In this document: one piece after another, positions 17,877-27,155 of the stretch | Layout of the letters: each line of letters opens with the position of its first letter | Numbering within the stretch: the first letter of the stretch is position 1 | DNA from: an uncultured Bacteroidales bacterium | Lineage (GTDB): Bacteria > Bacteroidota > Bacteroidia > Bacteroidales > VadinHA17 | NCBI GenBank assembly: GCA_963732115.1 | Contig: CAVSYN010000005.1 | Coordinates: 65,410 to 129,409 of the forward strand | Length of the DNA stretch: 64,000 nucleotides | Reading direction: 5' to 3' | Notes under the pieces: model-generated | Seen by the model: only the letters and a program-made list of their open reading frames with translations | Told to the model about the DNA's origin: nothing | The model's database searches: none | Position numbers and translations under genes: made by a program

Positions 17877-19845
17877 AAATTCCGAGCGACCTTGGAAGAC
17901 GGAACAGATTCAGGGCTTCTCCGAGAGTGATTGTTTCAAGAAGCTGGTTTTTTGAAAGGCTTGCGAACCGTGGTTTTGTACCGTTTCCCGATTCTCCGAT
18001 CTGCGCAACCGGTCCGTATCTACCCATTTTTACCGAAACCGGTTCGCCGGTTTCGGGGTGATTCCCAAGAATCCTGACACCCGTTTTCCTGTCTTTATTC
18101 TCGAGGGCGTTTTCCACTGTCCTATGAAAGGGTGAATAAAATTTGTCAAGCATACCTGTCCATTTCAACTTGCCTTCAGCTATTTTGTCGAACTGCTCTT
18201 CAACCTCTGCGGTGAAATTGTAATCAACAATATCGGAGAAATTATCAATAAGAAAATCATTCACGATCATCCCGATATCCTGCGGAAAAAGCTTCGACTT
18301 CTCTTTTCCGGCTGATTCCGTTTTGGAGGTTGTTGAAATGTTCCCCTTTGAAAGGGCAATTACAATTACCTGGCGTTTTTCTCCAGGCCGGTCTTCCCTT
18401 AATACGTATCCTCTGTTCTGAATTGTAGAGATTGTAGGAGCATACGTTGAAGGGCGTCCGATACCAAGCTCTTCGAGTTTTTTCACAAGGCTTGCCTCAG
18501 TATATCTTGGCGGCGGGGAGGTATATTTCTGTGCTGCGGTTACTGTATCATAATGAAGTAGCATGTCCTTTTTAACTGCAGGAATTATAATTTTTTCGTC
18601 ATCTCCGTTTTCAGTGTCTGTCGATTCGGCATATACTTTAAGGAATCCATCGAATTTTATAACCTCGCCATTGGCTGAGAATGAGACCGGTGAATTATTC
18701 ATACCGATTGAAATTGTTGTTCTTTCAACTTCAGCATCAGCCATCTGTGAGGCTATTGTGCGTTTCCAGATCAGTTCATAAAGCTTCTTTTCATTCTGAT
18801 TTCCGGTAATTGATAATGCATCGGGGTAGGTTGGCCGTATTGCCTCATGTGCTTCCTGTGCTCCCTTCGATTTCGTCTTGAACTGGCGGGTCCTTGAGTA
18901 CTTTTCCCCGAATTCCGAAAGTATTACATCTCTCGATTTTACCAGCGCAAGCTTTGAAAGATTCGTGGAATCAGTTCTCATGTAGGTTATCTTTCCTGCC
19001 TCATAAAGCTTCTGCGCAACAGCCATTGTTTGAGCAACCGAAAAGCCAAGCTTCCGGTATGCTTCCTGCTGAAGCGTGGATGTTGTAAAGGGCGGTGCCG
19101 GAGATTTAGTTCCGGGTTTGACTGAAATGCCGGTGATCAGGAATTCAGCAGCCTTGCAAAGATCAAGGAACTTTAGTGCCTCTTTTTCTGCGGGAAATCT
19201 TTTGGAAGCTTCTGCTCTGATGATGTTATTCTCCGGGTCAGCATTATCAATTTTAAAGTTCCCGTTTATCCTGAATGAGGATTCTGTCTTAAATGCGATT
19301 ATCTCCCTTTCCCTATCAACTATCAGCCTGACTGCCACTGACTGAACCCTGCCTGCAGATAAAGACGGCTGAACTTTTTTCCAGAGTACGGGTGATATCT
19401 CAAAACCGACAAGACGGTCGAGTATCCGGCGAGCCTGCTGCGAGTTAACGAGGTTCATATCGATATGGCGTGGATTGAGAACCGCGTTGTCGATGGCGTC
19501 TTTGGTGATCTCATGAAAGACTATTCTTTTGGTTGTAGGCAGATCGAGGTTAAGGACGTTTATCAGGTGCCATGCAATAGCCTCCCCTTCGCGGTCCTCA
19601 TCAGATGCAATCCATATTGTTTTAGATTCAGCTGCAGCTTTCCGCAGATCTCCTACAACTTTTAGCTTTTCTTTAGGAATTTCATATTCGGGAGAGAAAT
19701 TATTCCCGATATCAATACCGAGATTCTTTTTGGCGAGGTCGCGTATATGGCCATAACTTGATATTACCCGGAAATCTTTTCCTAAAATTTTTTCTATAGT
19801 TTTAGCTTTTGCAGGCGACTCAACAATCACAAGATTTTCGATCAT
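17812..19845 (-). CDS. topA: DNA topoisomerase I, main body
   Basis: Track ORF 17812..19878. Toprim N-terminus MIENLVIVESPAKAKTIEKILG (I start at this ATG, 19845). Active-site region ITYMRTDS. The rest is full type IA topoisomerase core. Confidence 0.9.
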   Translation of the reverse strand: MIENLVIVESPAKAKTIEKILGKDFRVISSYGHIRDLAKKNLGIDIGNNFSPEYEIPKEKLKVVGDLRKAAAESKTIWIASDEDREGEAIAWHLINVLNLDLPTTKRIVFHEITKDAIDNAVLNPRHIDMNLVNSQQARRILDRLVGFEISPVLWKKVQPSLSAGRVQSVAVRLIVDREREIIAFKTESSFRINGNFKIDNADPENNIIRAEASKRFPAEKEALKFLDLCKAAEFLITGISVKPGTKSPAPPFTTSTLQQEAYRKLGFSVAQTMAVAQKLYEAGKITYMRTDSTNLSKLALVKSRDVILSEFGEKYSRTRQFKTKSKGAQEAHEAIRPTYPDALSITGNQNEKKLYELIWKRTIASQMADAEVERTTISIGMNNSPVSFSANGEVIKFDGFLKVYAESTDTENGDDEKIIIPAVKKDMLLHYDTVTAAQKYTSPPPRYTEASLVKKLEELGIGRPSTYAPTISTIQNRGYVLREDRPGEKRQVIVIALSKGNISTTSKTESAGKEKSKLFPQDIGMIVNDFLIDNFSDIVDYNFTAEVEEQFDKIAEGKLKWTGMLDKFYSPFHRTVENALENKDRKTGVRILGNHPETGEPVSVKMGRYGPVAQIGESGNGTKPRFASLSKNQLLETITLGEALNLFRLPRSLGIYDGDEMVVRHREVRTLCPVQE

Positions 19846-19941
19846 ATCTGTTGAAATTAACACTTTTTTAAAAAACACGACAAAGTAAGTGATTTAGGTA
19901 CCAAACTTCAAAATAAACCGTTAAGATTCTTTATTAATTAC

Positions 19942-19949
19942 TATTTTTG
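19942..19949 (+). promoter_or_regulatory. candidate -7 box (TAnnTTTG) upstream of the PBP1A gene
   Basis: tatttttg lies 11 nt before the ATG at 19960, in the divergent topA/PBP1A intergenic region. Confidence 0.3.
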
Positions 19950-19959
19950 GCCCAAACCC

Positions 19960-22320
19960 ATGAAGGAAATGAATGGTAATTCGCCCATCAAAAAATACCT
20001 TAGAGTATTCTGGTCACTCTTCGCTCTTCCTTTCGTTATAGTCATTATTCTTTTCATCCTTATTTCAAACGGAAAGCTTGGTCCTATGCCGTCATTCAGA
20101 GAACTCGAAAACCCTGAATACAACCTTGCAGCCGAGGTTTATTCTGAAGATGGGGTTCTTCTTGGAAAGATAAGCATTGAAAACAGAACATGGACTGAAT
20201 ATACCGAATTGTCGCCATACCTGGTAAACGCTCTTATTGCAACAGAGGATATCAGGTACTACAGACACTCAGGGATTGATGTACGCGGACTGGGAAGGGC
20301 TTTTGTACGCACTGTTCTCATGGGGCAGAAAACCGGAGGGGGCAGTACAATTACACAACAACTGGCAAAACAATTATATCCAAGGGATACTGCTCGTGTT
20401 TCTGCAATTACCAGAAAACTCAGGCTTGGTGTTTCAAAGTTCAAGGAATGGCAGACGGCAATTAAGCTTGAAAACAGGTATACCAAAGAAGAGATAATTG
20501 CGATGTATCTGAATAAATATGATTTTCTCTATCATGCGATAGGGATAAAATCAGCAGCAAGAGTTTATTTCAATACCACCCCTGATTCCCTGAATGTACA
20601 GCAGGCAGCCGTAATTGTAGGCATGTTGAAGAATTCAAGCGCGTATAATCCTTACAAATATTATGACCGTATGCTTCAGCGACGGAATATTGTTTTATCA
20701 CAGATGGCAAAATACGGTTATCTCCATCCGGATGTTGCTGATTCGGTAAAGCAGCTGCCAATCGAGCTTCATTTTAAAATGGAAGACCATAATACAGGGC
20801 CTGCAACTTACCTCAGGGAATATCTGAGGAATATTATGAAAAAACCGGAACCTGACCCGAATAGATATGAAACGAAATCATCATACGAGGATGCACTATG
20901 GGAATGGGAAAATAATCCGCTTTACGGGTGGTGCAACAAGAATAAAAAACCTGACGGGTCTAACTATGATGTTTACAAGGATGGATTGAAAATTTATACC
21001 ACCATTAACTCCCGGATGCAGCAATATGCCGAAGAAGCTGTTTCTGAGCATCTTGCCAAAGAAGTTCAGCCTGATTTTTACAATCGTGCAAAAGGTTTCA
21101 GGAATCCTCCATATTCAAATGACCTTTCAAAAAATGAGATTGACGAGTTGATATTCAGATCAATCAAAGACAGCGAGAGGTACACTATGATGAATGCCAG
21201 GAAAGTTCCCCTGGATTCCATAATGCTTGCTTTTAATACAAAGGTCCCGATGAAAGTCTTTTCATGGAAAGGAGAGAGGGACACTATAATGACACCCTAT
21301 GATTCTGTAAGGTATTATAAATACTTCGTCCGGTCCTCATTTCTTGTTGAAGATCCGCATAACGGTTTTGTGAAAGCGTATGTGGGCGGACCGGATTTCA
21401 GGTATTTTAAATGGGATGCGGTAACCCAGCAAAGGAAACAGGTAGGAAGCACCATCAAGCCTTTCCTCTATACGATTGCAATGCAAAACGGGTACACACC
21501 CTGTGATGAAGTGGAAAATATTCCAAGATCCTTTGATCTGCCGGGCGACTCCGTTCCATGGATACCCAGAAGTTCAGGGCCCAAGGAATATCATGGTAAA
21601 ATGGTCACTCTCAAATGGGGGCTGGCGCAGTCGGAAAACTATATTTCAGCCTGGCTTATGCAACAGTTCCGGCCGTCGGCTGTTACTGACCTGATGAAAA
21701 AAATGGGGGTTAGAAGTTTTATTGATCCGGTGCCATCAATATTCCTTGGTACCTCGGATATCAAACTTGAAGAGATGGTGGGAGCATATGGAACTTTTAC
21801 CAACAAAGGTGTTTATACAAGGCCAATGTATGTCACCCGCATTGAAGATAAAAACAGTAACATAATCTCAAAATTCACTCCGAGGATTGAGGAGGTGCTG
21901 AGCGAGGAACAGGCCTTTCTTATGCTGGACCTTCTGCAGGGGGTTGTTCTGACCGGCTCAGGGAACAGGCTGAGAAGAGAACCTTACAATTTGCTGAACC
22001 AGATCGGAGGTAAAACCGGAACTACCCAGAATCATGCCAATGGCTGGTTCATGGGGGTGACACCTAATCTTATCGGAGGAGTCTGGAGCGGTTGGGAGGA
22101 CCAGGCTATCCATTTTGAAACACTTAGTGAAGGGCAGGGTGCGCAGATGGCGCTTCCGATATTTGGGATCTTCATGAGGAAAGTTTATAATGATCCTCAG
22201 TTTGGCATTATGGAAGCTGACGAATTTGAACGTCCTTCAAATTTCAGCATTGAGCTGGACTGTGATAAGGTGAAGAGGGAGAATTCAAGAAGAGGGAATT
22301 ATATCAGGGAAAGATACTAG
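19960..22320 (+). CDS. mrcA: penicillin-binding protein 1A (bifunctional glycosyltransferase/transpeptidase)
   Basis: 786 aa. N-terminal TM, GT51 motifs EDIRYYRHSGID and GGSTITQQLAKQLY, transpeptidase SxxK motif GSTIKPF. Confidence 0.9.
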   Translation: MKEMNGNSPIKKYLRVFWSLFALPFVIVIILFILISNGKLGPMPSFRELENPEYNLAAEVYSEDGVLLGKISIENRTWTEYTELSPYLVNALIATEDIRYYRHSGIDVRGLGRAFVRTVLMGQKTGGGSTITQQLAKQLYPRDTARVSAITRKLRLGVSKFKEWQTAIKLENRYTKEEIIAMYLNKYDFLYHAIGIKSAARVYFNTTPDSLNVQQAAVIVGMLKNSSAYNPYKYYDRMLQRRNIVLSQMAKYGYLHPDVADSVKQLPIELHFKMEDHNTGPATYLREYLRNIMKKPEPDPNRYETKSSYEDALWEWENNPLYGWCNKNKKPDGSNYDVYKDGLKIYTTINSRMQQYAEEAVSEHLAKEVQPDFYNRAKGFRNPPYSNDLSKNEIDELIFRSIKDSERYTMMNARKVPLDSIMLAFNTKVPMKVFSWKGERDTIMTPYDSVRYYKYFVRSSFLVEDPHNGFVKAYVGGPDFRYFKWDAVTQQRKQVGSTIKPFLYTIAMQNGYTPCDEVENIPRSFDLPGDSVPWIPRSSGPKEYHGKMVTLKWGLAQSENYISAWLMQQFRPSAVTDLMKKMGVRSFIDPVPSIFLGTSDIKLEEMVGAYGTFTNKGVYTRPMYVTRIEDKNSNIISKFTPRIEEVLSEEQAFLMLDLLQGVVLTGSGNRLRREPYNLLNQIGGKTGTTQNHANGWFMGVTPNLIGGVWSGWEDQAIHFETLSEGQGAQMALPIFGIFMRKVYNDPQFGIMEADEFERPSNFSIELDCDKVKRENSRRGNYIRERY

Positions 22321-22440
22321 ACGACACACGGTCTACGACACACGATGCACGGCACACGTTTCACGACGCACGATGCAGGGCACACGACTCACGGAATTGC
22401 CTTTTCCGTGTGCCGTTAGCCGTTAGTCTTGTGTCGTTCT
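22321..22440. repeat. degenerate 14-nt tandem repeat plus inverted partner (probable bidirectional terminator)
   Basis: Five to six units: acgacacacggtct / acgacacacgatgc / acggcacacgtttc / acgacgcacgatgc / agggcacacgactc / acggaattgccttt. They are followed by ccgtgtgccgt and cttgtgtcgt, which are complementary to the units. The repeat fills the whole gap between the convergent PBP1A and radA stops. Confidence 0.7.
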
Positions 22441-23802
22441 TCAGCTGAAAAGCGACCGCACCAGTGCTTCCACCTTACCGACCTGTATTACTTCAATTTC
22501 AGTCCCCTTGTATGACAGGTTCCTGTGAAATTTTGAAATATATATCTTCCTGAAACCCATTTTTGAAGCCTCTTTAATGCGTTGTTCAATCCGTGAAACC
22601 GGTCGGATCTCTCCGGAAAGGCCCACTTCACCTGAAAAACATATATCCTTTCCTGCCGGTATATCAAGGTTTGAAGATAGCACGGAACTTATAATTGCGA
22701 GGTCAATTGCCGGATCTTCGACTTTTATCCCACCGGCTATATTCAGGAAAACATCTTTGACCCCAAGCCTGAATCCTGCTCTTTTTTCAAGTACTGCAAG
22801 AAGCATATTAAGGCGCCTTATATCAAATCCTGTCGAACTCCTCTGAGGTGTTCCGTACACGGCGCTGCTGACAAGAGCCTGGGTCTCGATCAGAAATGGT
22901 CTGATACCGTCCACTGTGGCTGCAATTGATATTCCGCTGAGAGGTTCGTCGTGCTGGTTTATAAACATCTCGGATGGATTAGCAACTTCTCTTAGTCCGC
23001 TTTCCAGCATTTCGAAAATTCCAAGCTCTGAAGTTGACCCGAACCTGTTCTTGACCGACCTGAGGATACGGTAAATATAATTGTTGTCACCTTCAAAGTA
23101 AAGCACCACATCGACAATATGCTCAAGCACTTTGGGCCCGGCAAGAGTCCCATCCTTTGTTATGTGCCCGATAAGAAAAACCGGGATACCCGTGATCTTT
23201 GAATACTTAAGTAGCTGAGCGGCACATTCCCTTACCTGCGAAACTGAACCTGCCGAGGATTCAAGAATTCCAGTCCTGATTGTCTGAATTGAATCTACGA
23301 TAATTAATCCGGGTTTTATATTTTCAGCCTGTGCAAGTATACTTTCAAGCTCCGTCTCGCTGTAAACATAACATAATGGATTTGATTTCTTCAGCCTTTT
23401 AGCCCTCAGGCTGATCTGTTCCTCACTTTCCTCTCCTGATACATAAAGAATAGTTTTTTCCTTAAGAGCCAGTGCAAGCTGAAGGGCAAGAGTTGATTTA
23501 CCGACGCCCGGTTCTCCGCCAAGCAGTATCAATGATCCGGCAACCATGCCTCCTCCGAGTATCCGGTCGAGTTCAGGAATACCGGTTTTCTGCCTGTTAT
23601 GCTCGTCTGAACTGACACTGCTCAAAAGCTCAGGCTTCCTTTTCTCCTGGCTAAGAACAAAAGCGCTTTCACGCGAGGTAGCCGGGGCTACGATCTCCTC
23701 ATGGTATGTATTCCATTCCTTGCATGAAGGGCATCTTCCGATCCATTTTGGCGATTCGGCACCGCAGTTCTGACAGACAAAGACAGTTTTGGTTTTTGAC
23801 AT
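22441..23802 (-). CDS. radA: DNA repair protein RadA/Sms
   Basis: 453 aa. N-terminal zinc finger CQNCGAESPKWIGRCPSCKEW, Walker A GGEPGVGKST, KNRFG motif, Lon-like C-terminal domain. Confidence 0.92.
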   Translation of the reverse strand: MSKTKTVFVCQNCGAESPKWIGRCPSCKEWNTYHEEIVAPATSRESAFVLSQEKRKPELLSSVSSDEHNRQKTGIPELDRILGGGMVAGSLILLGGEPGVGKSTLALQLALALKEKTILYVSGEESEEQISLRAKRLKKSNPLCYVYSETELESILAQAENIKPGLIIVDSIQTIRTGILESSAGSVSQVRECAAQLLKYSKITGIPVFLIGHITKDGTLAGPKVLEHIVDVVLYFEGDNNYIYRILRSVKNRFGSTSELGIFEMLESGLREVANPSEMFINQHDEPLSGISIAATVDGIRPFLIETQALVSSAVYGTPQRSSTGFDIRRLNMLLAVLEKRAGFRLGVKDVFLNIAGGIKVEDPAIDLAIISSVLSSNLDIPAGKDICFSGEVGLSGEIRPVSRIEQRIKEASKMGFRKIYISKFHRNLSYKGTEIEVIQVGKVEALVRSLFS

Positions 23803-23897
23803 AATATAAATTTAGCTGTATTTTCTGTATCAATAATATTTCATGTTGATTTTCTTTCAATAAGATCAGGGGCAAATCTGGTACCACCCATGGGAGA

Positions 23898-24676
23898 CAT
23901 GCACTCACCCCCTTTGATTCCCCCTCTCTACTCTGTAACTCTTTATACACATCTTCCTTGTTGTTAAATATGGTTATTGTTTCGTGATTATTAATTCTGC
24001 ACCCTCCTGATAGCTTGCGGGAATATTGACCAGACACGGCCGGCTGGCAGGATCGTTAAGCTCGAATGCCCTGTCAGGTGCTTAACAAAGCAGTCATGAA
24101 TATGACTGAATATGAATAACCTCCGGTGCAACCGGAGGTAGGCAGGCTCTCCAGATGTCAAGCCCTGAAGGGCCTTAATATAGTTGCATCTTAAGAAGAG
24201 GAGTTTTGACGAGGAATATAGGAGCCGGATAATTCAATCCGGTATAAAGATTGATGAGAGGTATTTCCCCTAGACTGCATATTCAGCTCCTTCAGAGCTG
24301 ACAATCGTAGAGAGATCAGCCGCCCCCGGTTTGCACCGGGAGTTATTCACATCGCACTACTCCGTGGTGCCTTTGTTAAGCCCTTTCAGGGCTTCGGACT
24401 ATGTAGACAATCCGGGATTCATGTACTACATAAGGGATTTAACAAATCCCTTAACACAGTAACAAGCTAGATATTGTAACTCATCAAGTATTATATGGGT
24501 GACAATAAACATATTACCTATAACAATATGGTATTTACCAACAAAGAACATAAAGTATTAGAACAAAAGATGTTTATAAAAGGTAGACTATGTAAAGAGG
24601 GGGAACAAATAGATATTCAGCATTATAACTCCCCATCTTTGCGAAGCAGAGAGGGGGTATGGGGGGTGAGTACATG
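23898..24676. other. ORF-free, hairpin-dense foldback element (candidate large structured ncRNA or foldback MITE)
   Basis: Terminal inverted repeats catgcactcaccccc (23898-23912) and ggggggtgagtacatg (24661-24676). Long-range complementarity: 24081-24090 cttaacaaag with 24371-24380 ctttgttaag, and 24113-24120 tgaataac with 24342-24349 gttattca. There are many local stem-loops. See finding 1. Confidence 0.5.
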
Positions 24677-24715
24677 AAACAGCTAATGATTTCAGAAGTA
24701 TACTTTCAAATCCTT

Positions 24716-25732
24716 TCAGGCAATCTTCTTTTCTTCATGATTTCTCCTGAAGATGAGGAAAAATGAAATCGTTCCGACTATGATAACAAACAGCATCTGC
24801 GATTCATGGCTGAGAAAAGCATAAATCAGGCCATCTTCAAGTTTAACACCTTCGACAAAAGCCAGTCCGCGGGAAATGATATAATGGAATGCCCCGAGCC
24901 CGCTCTGTACCGGGGCAGACATAGCCAGGCCTCCTATTACAAGGAGAAAAACGCTGTCTCCAAGTGTCAGATGGGATGTGGGTTCAATTGAAAAGACCAC
25001 CACCCAGGTCATAAGCAAATAGGCGAACCACATAAAGACCGTATGAAATATGAACTCCCATTTCCTTTGAAGATTTGTAATGGTTTTCAATCCGTTGATC
25101 ACTCCTCTTGCAAGATCGAAGATCTTTGAAAAAAACTTTGTTTTTCGCAGAGACTTTCTGTATTTTATCAAAAGGAACCCTGAAAGGAACGCGACGAATG
25201 CGATTATGACCCAGATTACCCATGTAAAACCAAACAGCGAAAATACTTTCTCCTGCAGCGGAACAAATATGCTGACTTTCAGGAACTGGTTTATCTGCTT
25301 CCCTCTGAAAAGGATCAGGCCAAACATTATTGCAAGGAGAGCAAGAAAATCAATAGTCCGTTCTATAACCACAGTCCCGATAAGCTGGTCGACAGGGATC
25401 TTTTCTTTCTTTCCGAGAGCAACGCACCTTGTTATCTCGCCTACTCTTGGCAATGCCAGGTTTGCAAGGTAGCCTGTCATTAAAGAATAAAAGGTACTTG
25501 AAAAAGCGGGTTTATAACCCAGCGGATTGATGAGAATTATCCAGCGACGGGCCCTGCTCATAAATGCCAGTGCTCCAAAAATAATTGAAAGCACAACCCA
25601 TTTATAATCAGCTTCTTTCAGCCCTTCAACAAGCTTCTTGAACTCAACATTGCGGAATGCGAGCCACAGAAGAATAACTCCGATAATAAGAAAGATGAAA
25701 AACTTAAAGGTCTGAATTAAGCCTTTTCTCAA
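24716..25732 (-). CDS. flippase-like / lysyl-phosphatidylglycerol-synthase TM-domain family membrane protein (UPF0104-like)
   Basis: 338-aa polytopic membrane ORF. The N-terminus KFFIFLIIGVILLWLAFRNVEFKKLVEGLKEADYKWVVLSI and the segment SRARRW are typical of this family as I recall it. It starts 2 nt after the panD stop. Confidence 0.65.
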   Translation of the reverse strand: MRKGLIQTFKFFIFLIIGVILLWLAFRNVEFKKLVEGLKEADYKWVVLSIIFGALAFMSRARRWIILINPLGYKPAFSSTFYSLMTGYLANLALPRVGEITRCVALGKKEKIPVDQLIGTVVIERTIDFLALLAIMFGLILFRGKQINQFLKVSIFVPLQEKVFSLFGFTWVIWVIIAFVAFLSGFLLIKYRKSLRKTKFFSKIFDLARGVINGLKTITNLQRKWEFIFHTVFMWFAYLLMTWVVVFSIEPTSHLTLGDSVFLLVIGGLAMSAPVQSGLGAFHYIISRGLAFVEGVKLEDGLIYAFLSHESQMLFVIIVGTISFFLIFRRNHEEKKIA

Positions 25733-25733
25733 C

Positions 25734-26084
25734 TTAGATCAGTTTATTTGTTTTGGTATCAGGGAAGATTAGTGTGGGTTTAAATGATCTGGCTTCCTGA
25801 AAATCGACCGATGCAAACGACATAATCAGAACAACATCACCCACGACCACCTTTCTGGCGGCCGGACCATTCATGCAAATTTCACCTGAACCCCTCTTAC
25901 CTTTGATCACATATGTTTCAAGACGTTCGCCATTATTCATATTCAGGACCTGCACTTTTTCGTTCTCAATTATATTTGATGCGTCCATGAGGTCTTCATC
26001 AATTGCAATACTCCCTACATAATGCAGATTTGCATCAGTAACCGTCACCTTATGGATTTTAGATTTTAGTACCTCTATAAACAT
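25734..26084 (-). CDS. panD: aspartate 1-decarboxylase
   Basis: 116 aa. [30 protein letters not shown] contains the G-S self-processing site. Near-full-length PanD pattern. Confidence 0.92.
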   Translation of the reverse strand: MFIEVLKSKIHKVTVTDANLHYVGSIAIDEDLMDASNIIENEKVQVLNMNNGERLETYVIKGKRGSGEICMNGPAARKVVVGDVVLIMSFASVDFQEARSFKPTLIFPDTKTNKLI

Positions 26085-26135
26085 GCTCCTTATTGGAATT
26101 AATTATGGCGCAAATTTAAGTATCCTTTTGATTGA

Positions 26136-26990
26136 TTACAAAGGAATTTCAATATTATCTATCAGCCTTACCTTTCCAGCTTTAGCTGCAATACAGCCGA
26201 AATACCTCTTACCTTTTTTTAATTCCGCCCTGGCTCTCACTGGCTTAAGTTCCGTTTCGTCGACGATGTTGAAATACTCAACACTGAATCCTTTAGTATT
26301 GTCGATGGATCTTCTAACATAGCTTTCCAAATCAGGTATATCATGATCCATTATCATCGTTGAGGCTATCTTGATCGTCTTATAAATAATGCCGGCTTTC
26401 TTCCTTATTTCAGGATCAAGCAATGTATTCCTGCTGCTCATCGCCAGACCATCATCCTCCCGTATAATCGGGCAGCCTTCGATTTTAACCTGACTTCCTG
26501 TCTGTCTGACAAGTTCCCTGATAACAGCAAGCTGCTGGAAGTCCTTTTGCCCGAAAAATGCATAGGCGGGCTTTACAATCTCAAACAGCCTGGTGATTAC
26601 CTGGGCAACTCCGTTGAAATGACCCGGCCGGTGCAATGCCTCCATCACATTGTCAAGATTCCCGAAATGAAATACCCTTTTATCCTCCACGGAATAAATT
26701 TCTTTATCATCCGGAGTAAATACAAGGTCATTTTCTCTGAGAACTTCCCTTAGCATAGCCAGGTCTTCTTTTACGTTCCTTGGATAATTCTTCAGGTCGT
26801 TTTTATCATTGAACTGGGTGGGATTGACATAAATGCTGACAACTATTACAGGACAGGATGAGGCCGCGGTGCGGACAAGTGAAAGATGTCCCTTGTGCAA
26901 TGCACCCATTGTTGGTACAAATCCTACAGGTGACAAATGGGCTCGCTTAAGATGATCCTCTAACTCACGGATCGTACTTACCACTTTCAT
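26136..26990 (-). CDS. panC: pantoate--beta-alanine ligase
   Basis: 284 aa. GFVPTMGALHKGHLSLV (HIGH-like motif of PanC) and FGQKDFQQL. Confidence 0.92.
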   Translation of the reverse strand: MKVVSTIRELEDHLKRAHLSPVGFVPTMGALHKGHLSLVRTAASSCPVIVVSIYVNPTQFNDKNDLKNYPRNVKEDLAMLREVLRENDLVFTPDDKEIYSVEDKRVFHFGNLDNVMEALHRPGHFNGVAQVITRLFEIVKPAYAFFGQKDFQQLAVIRELVRQTGSQVKIEGCPIIREDDGLAMSSRNTLLDPEIRKKAGIIYKTIKIASTMIMDHDIPDLESYVRRSIDNTKGFSVEYFNIVDETELKPVRARAELKKGKRYFGCIAAKAGKVRLIDNIEIPL

Positions 26991-27112
26991 ATTTCAGGAA
27001 TTAAATGAAACCTAAATTAACAAAAATATGTATCATTTATGGGTAGAATTTAATTGGAGCTTGTCATCGGTGCATCTAAATGAGTATTGATAATTATCTC
27101 ATTTTTTATTAT

Positions 27113-27120
27113 TATCTTTG
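27113..27120 (+). promoter_or_regulatory. candidate -7 box (TAnnTTTG) upstream of the glycogen-synthase-like gene
   Basis: tatctttg lies 36 nt upstream of the ATG at 27156. Confidence 0.4.
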
Positions 27121-27155
27121 CACCTTGTTACGGAATGGTATATCCAGGCAGGTAA

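Noticed and set aside
22321-22404. Possible CRISPR array
   Set aside because: The repeats are 14 nt and directly abutting, with no unique spacers and no cas genes. This is a degenerate microsatellite-like tandem repeat.
24495-24677. 60-aa ORF, and the 112-aa ORF 23699..24037(-), inside the large intergenic foldback region
   Set aside because: Neither has family resemblance. One overlaps the radA 5' end, and the other runs through the terminal inverted repeat. Composition follows the AT-rich spacer. The region is better explained as non-coding.
23803-24715. Known housekeeping RNAs (RNase P RNA, tmRNA, SRP RNA, 6S RNA, group II intron) as the identity of the structured region
   Set aside because: On neither strand could I find the RNase P P4 core (GAGGAAAGTCC…/…ACAGAA), a tmRNA tRNA-like end (…TTCGA.TCC…CCA) with a tag ORF, the SRP domain IV motif, or a domain V AGC-triad hairpin. 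This is by-eye scanning only, so a covariance-model search remains necessary.
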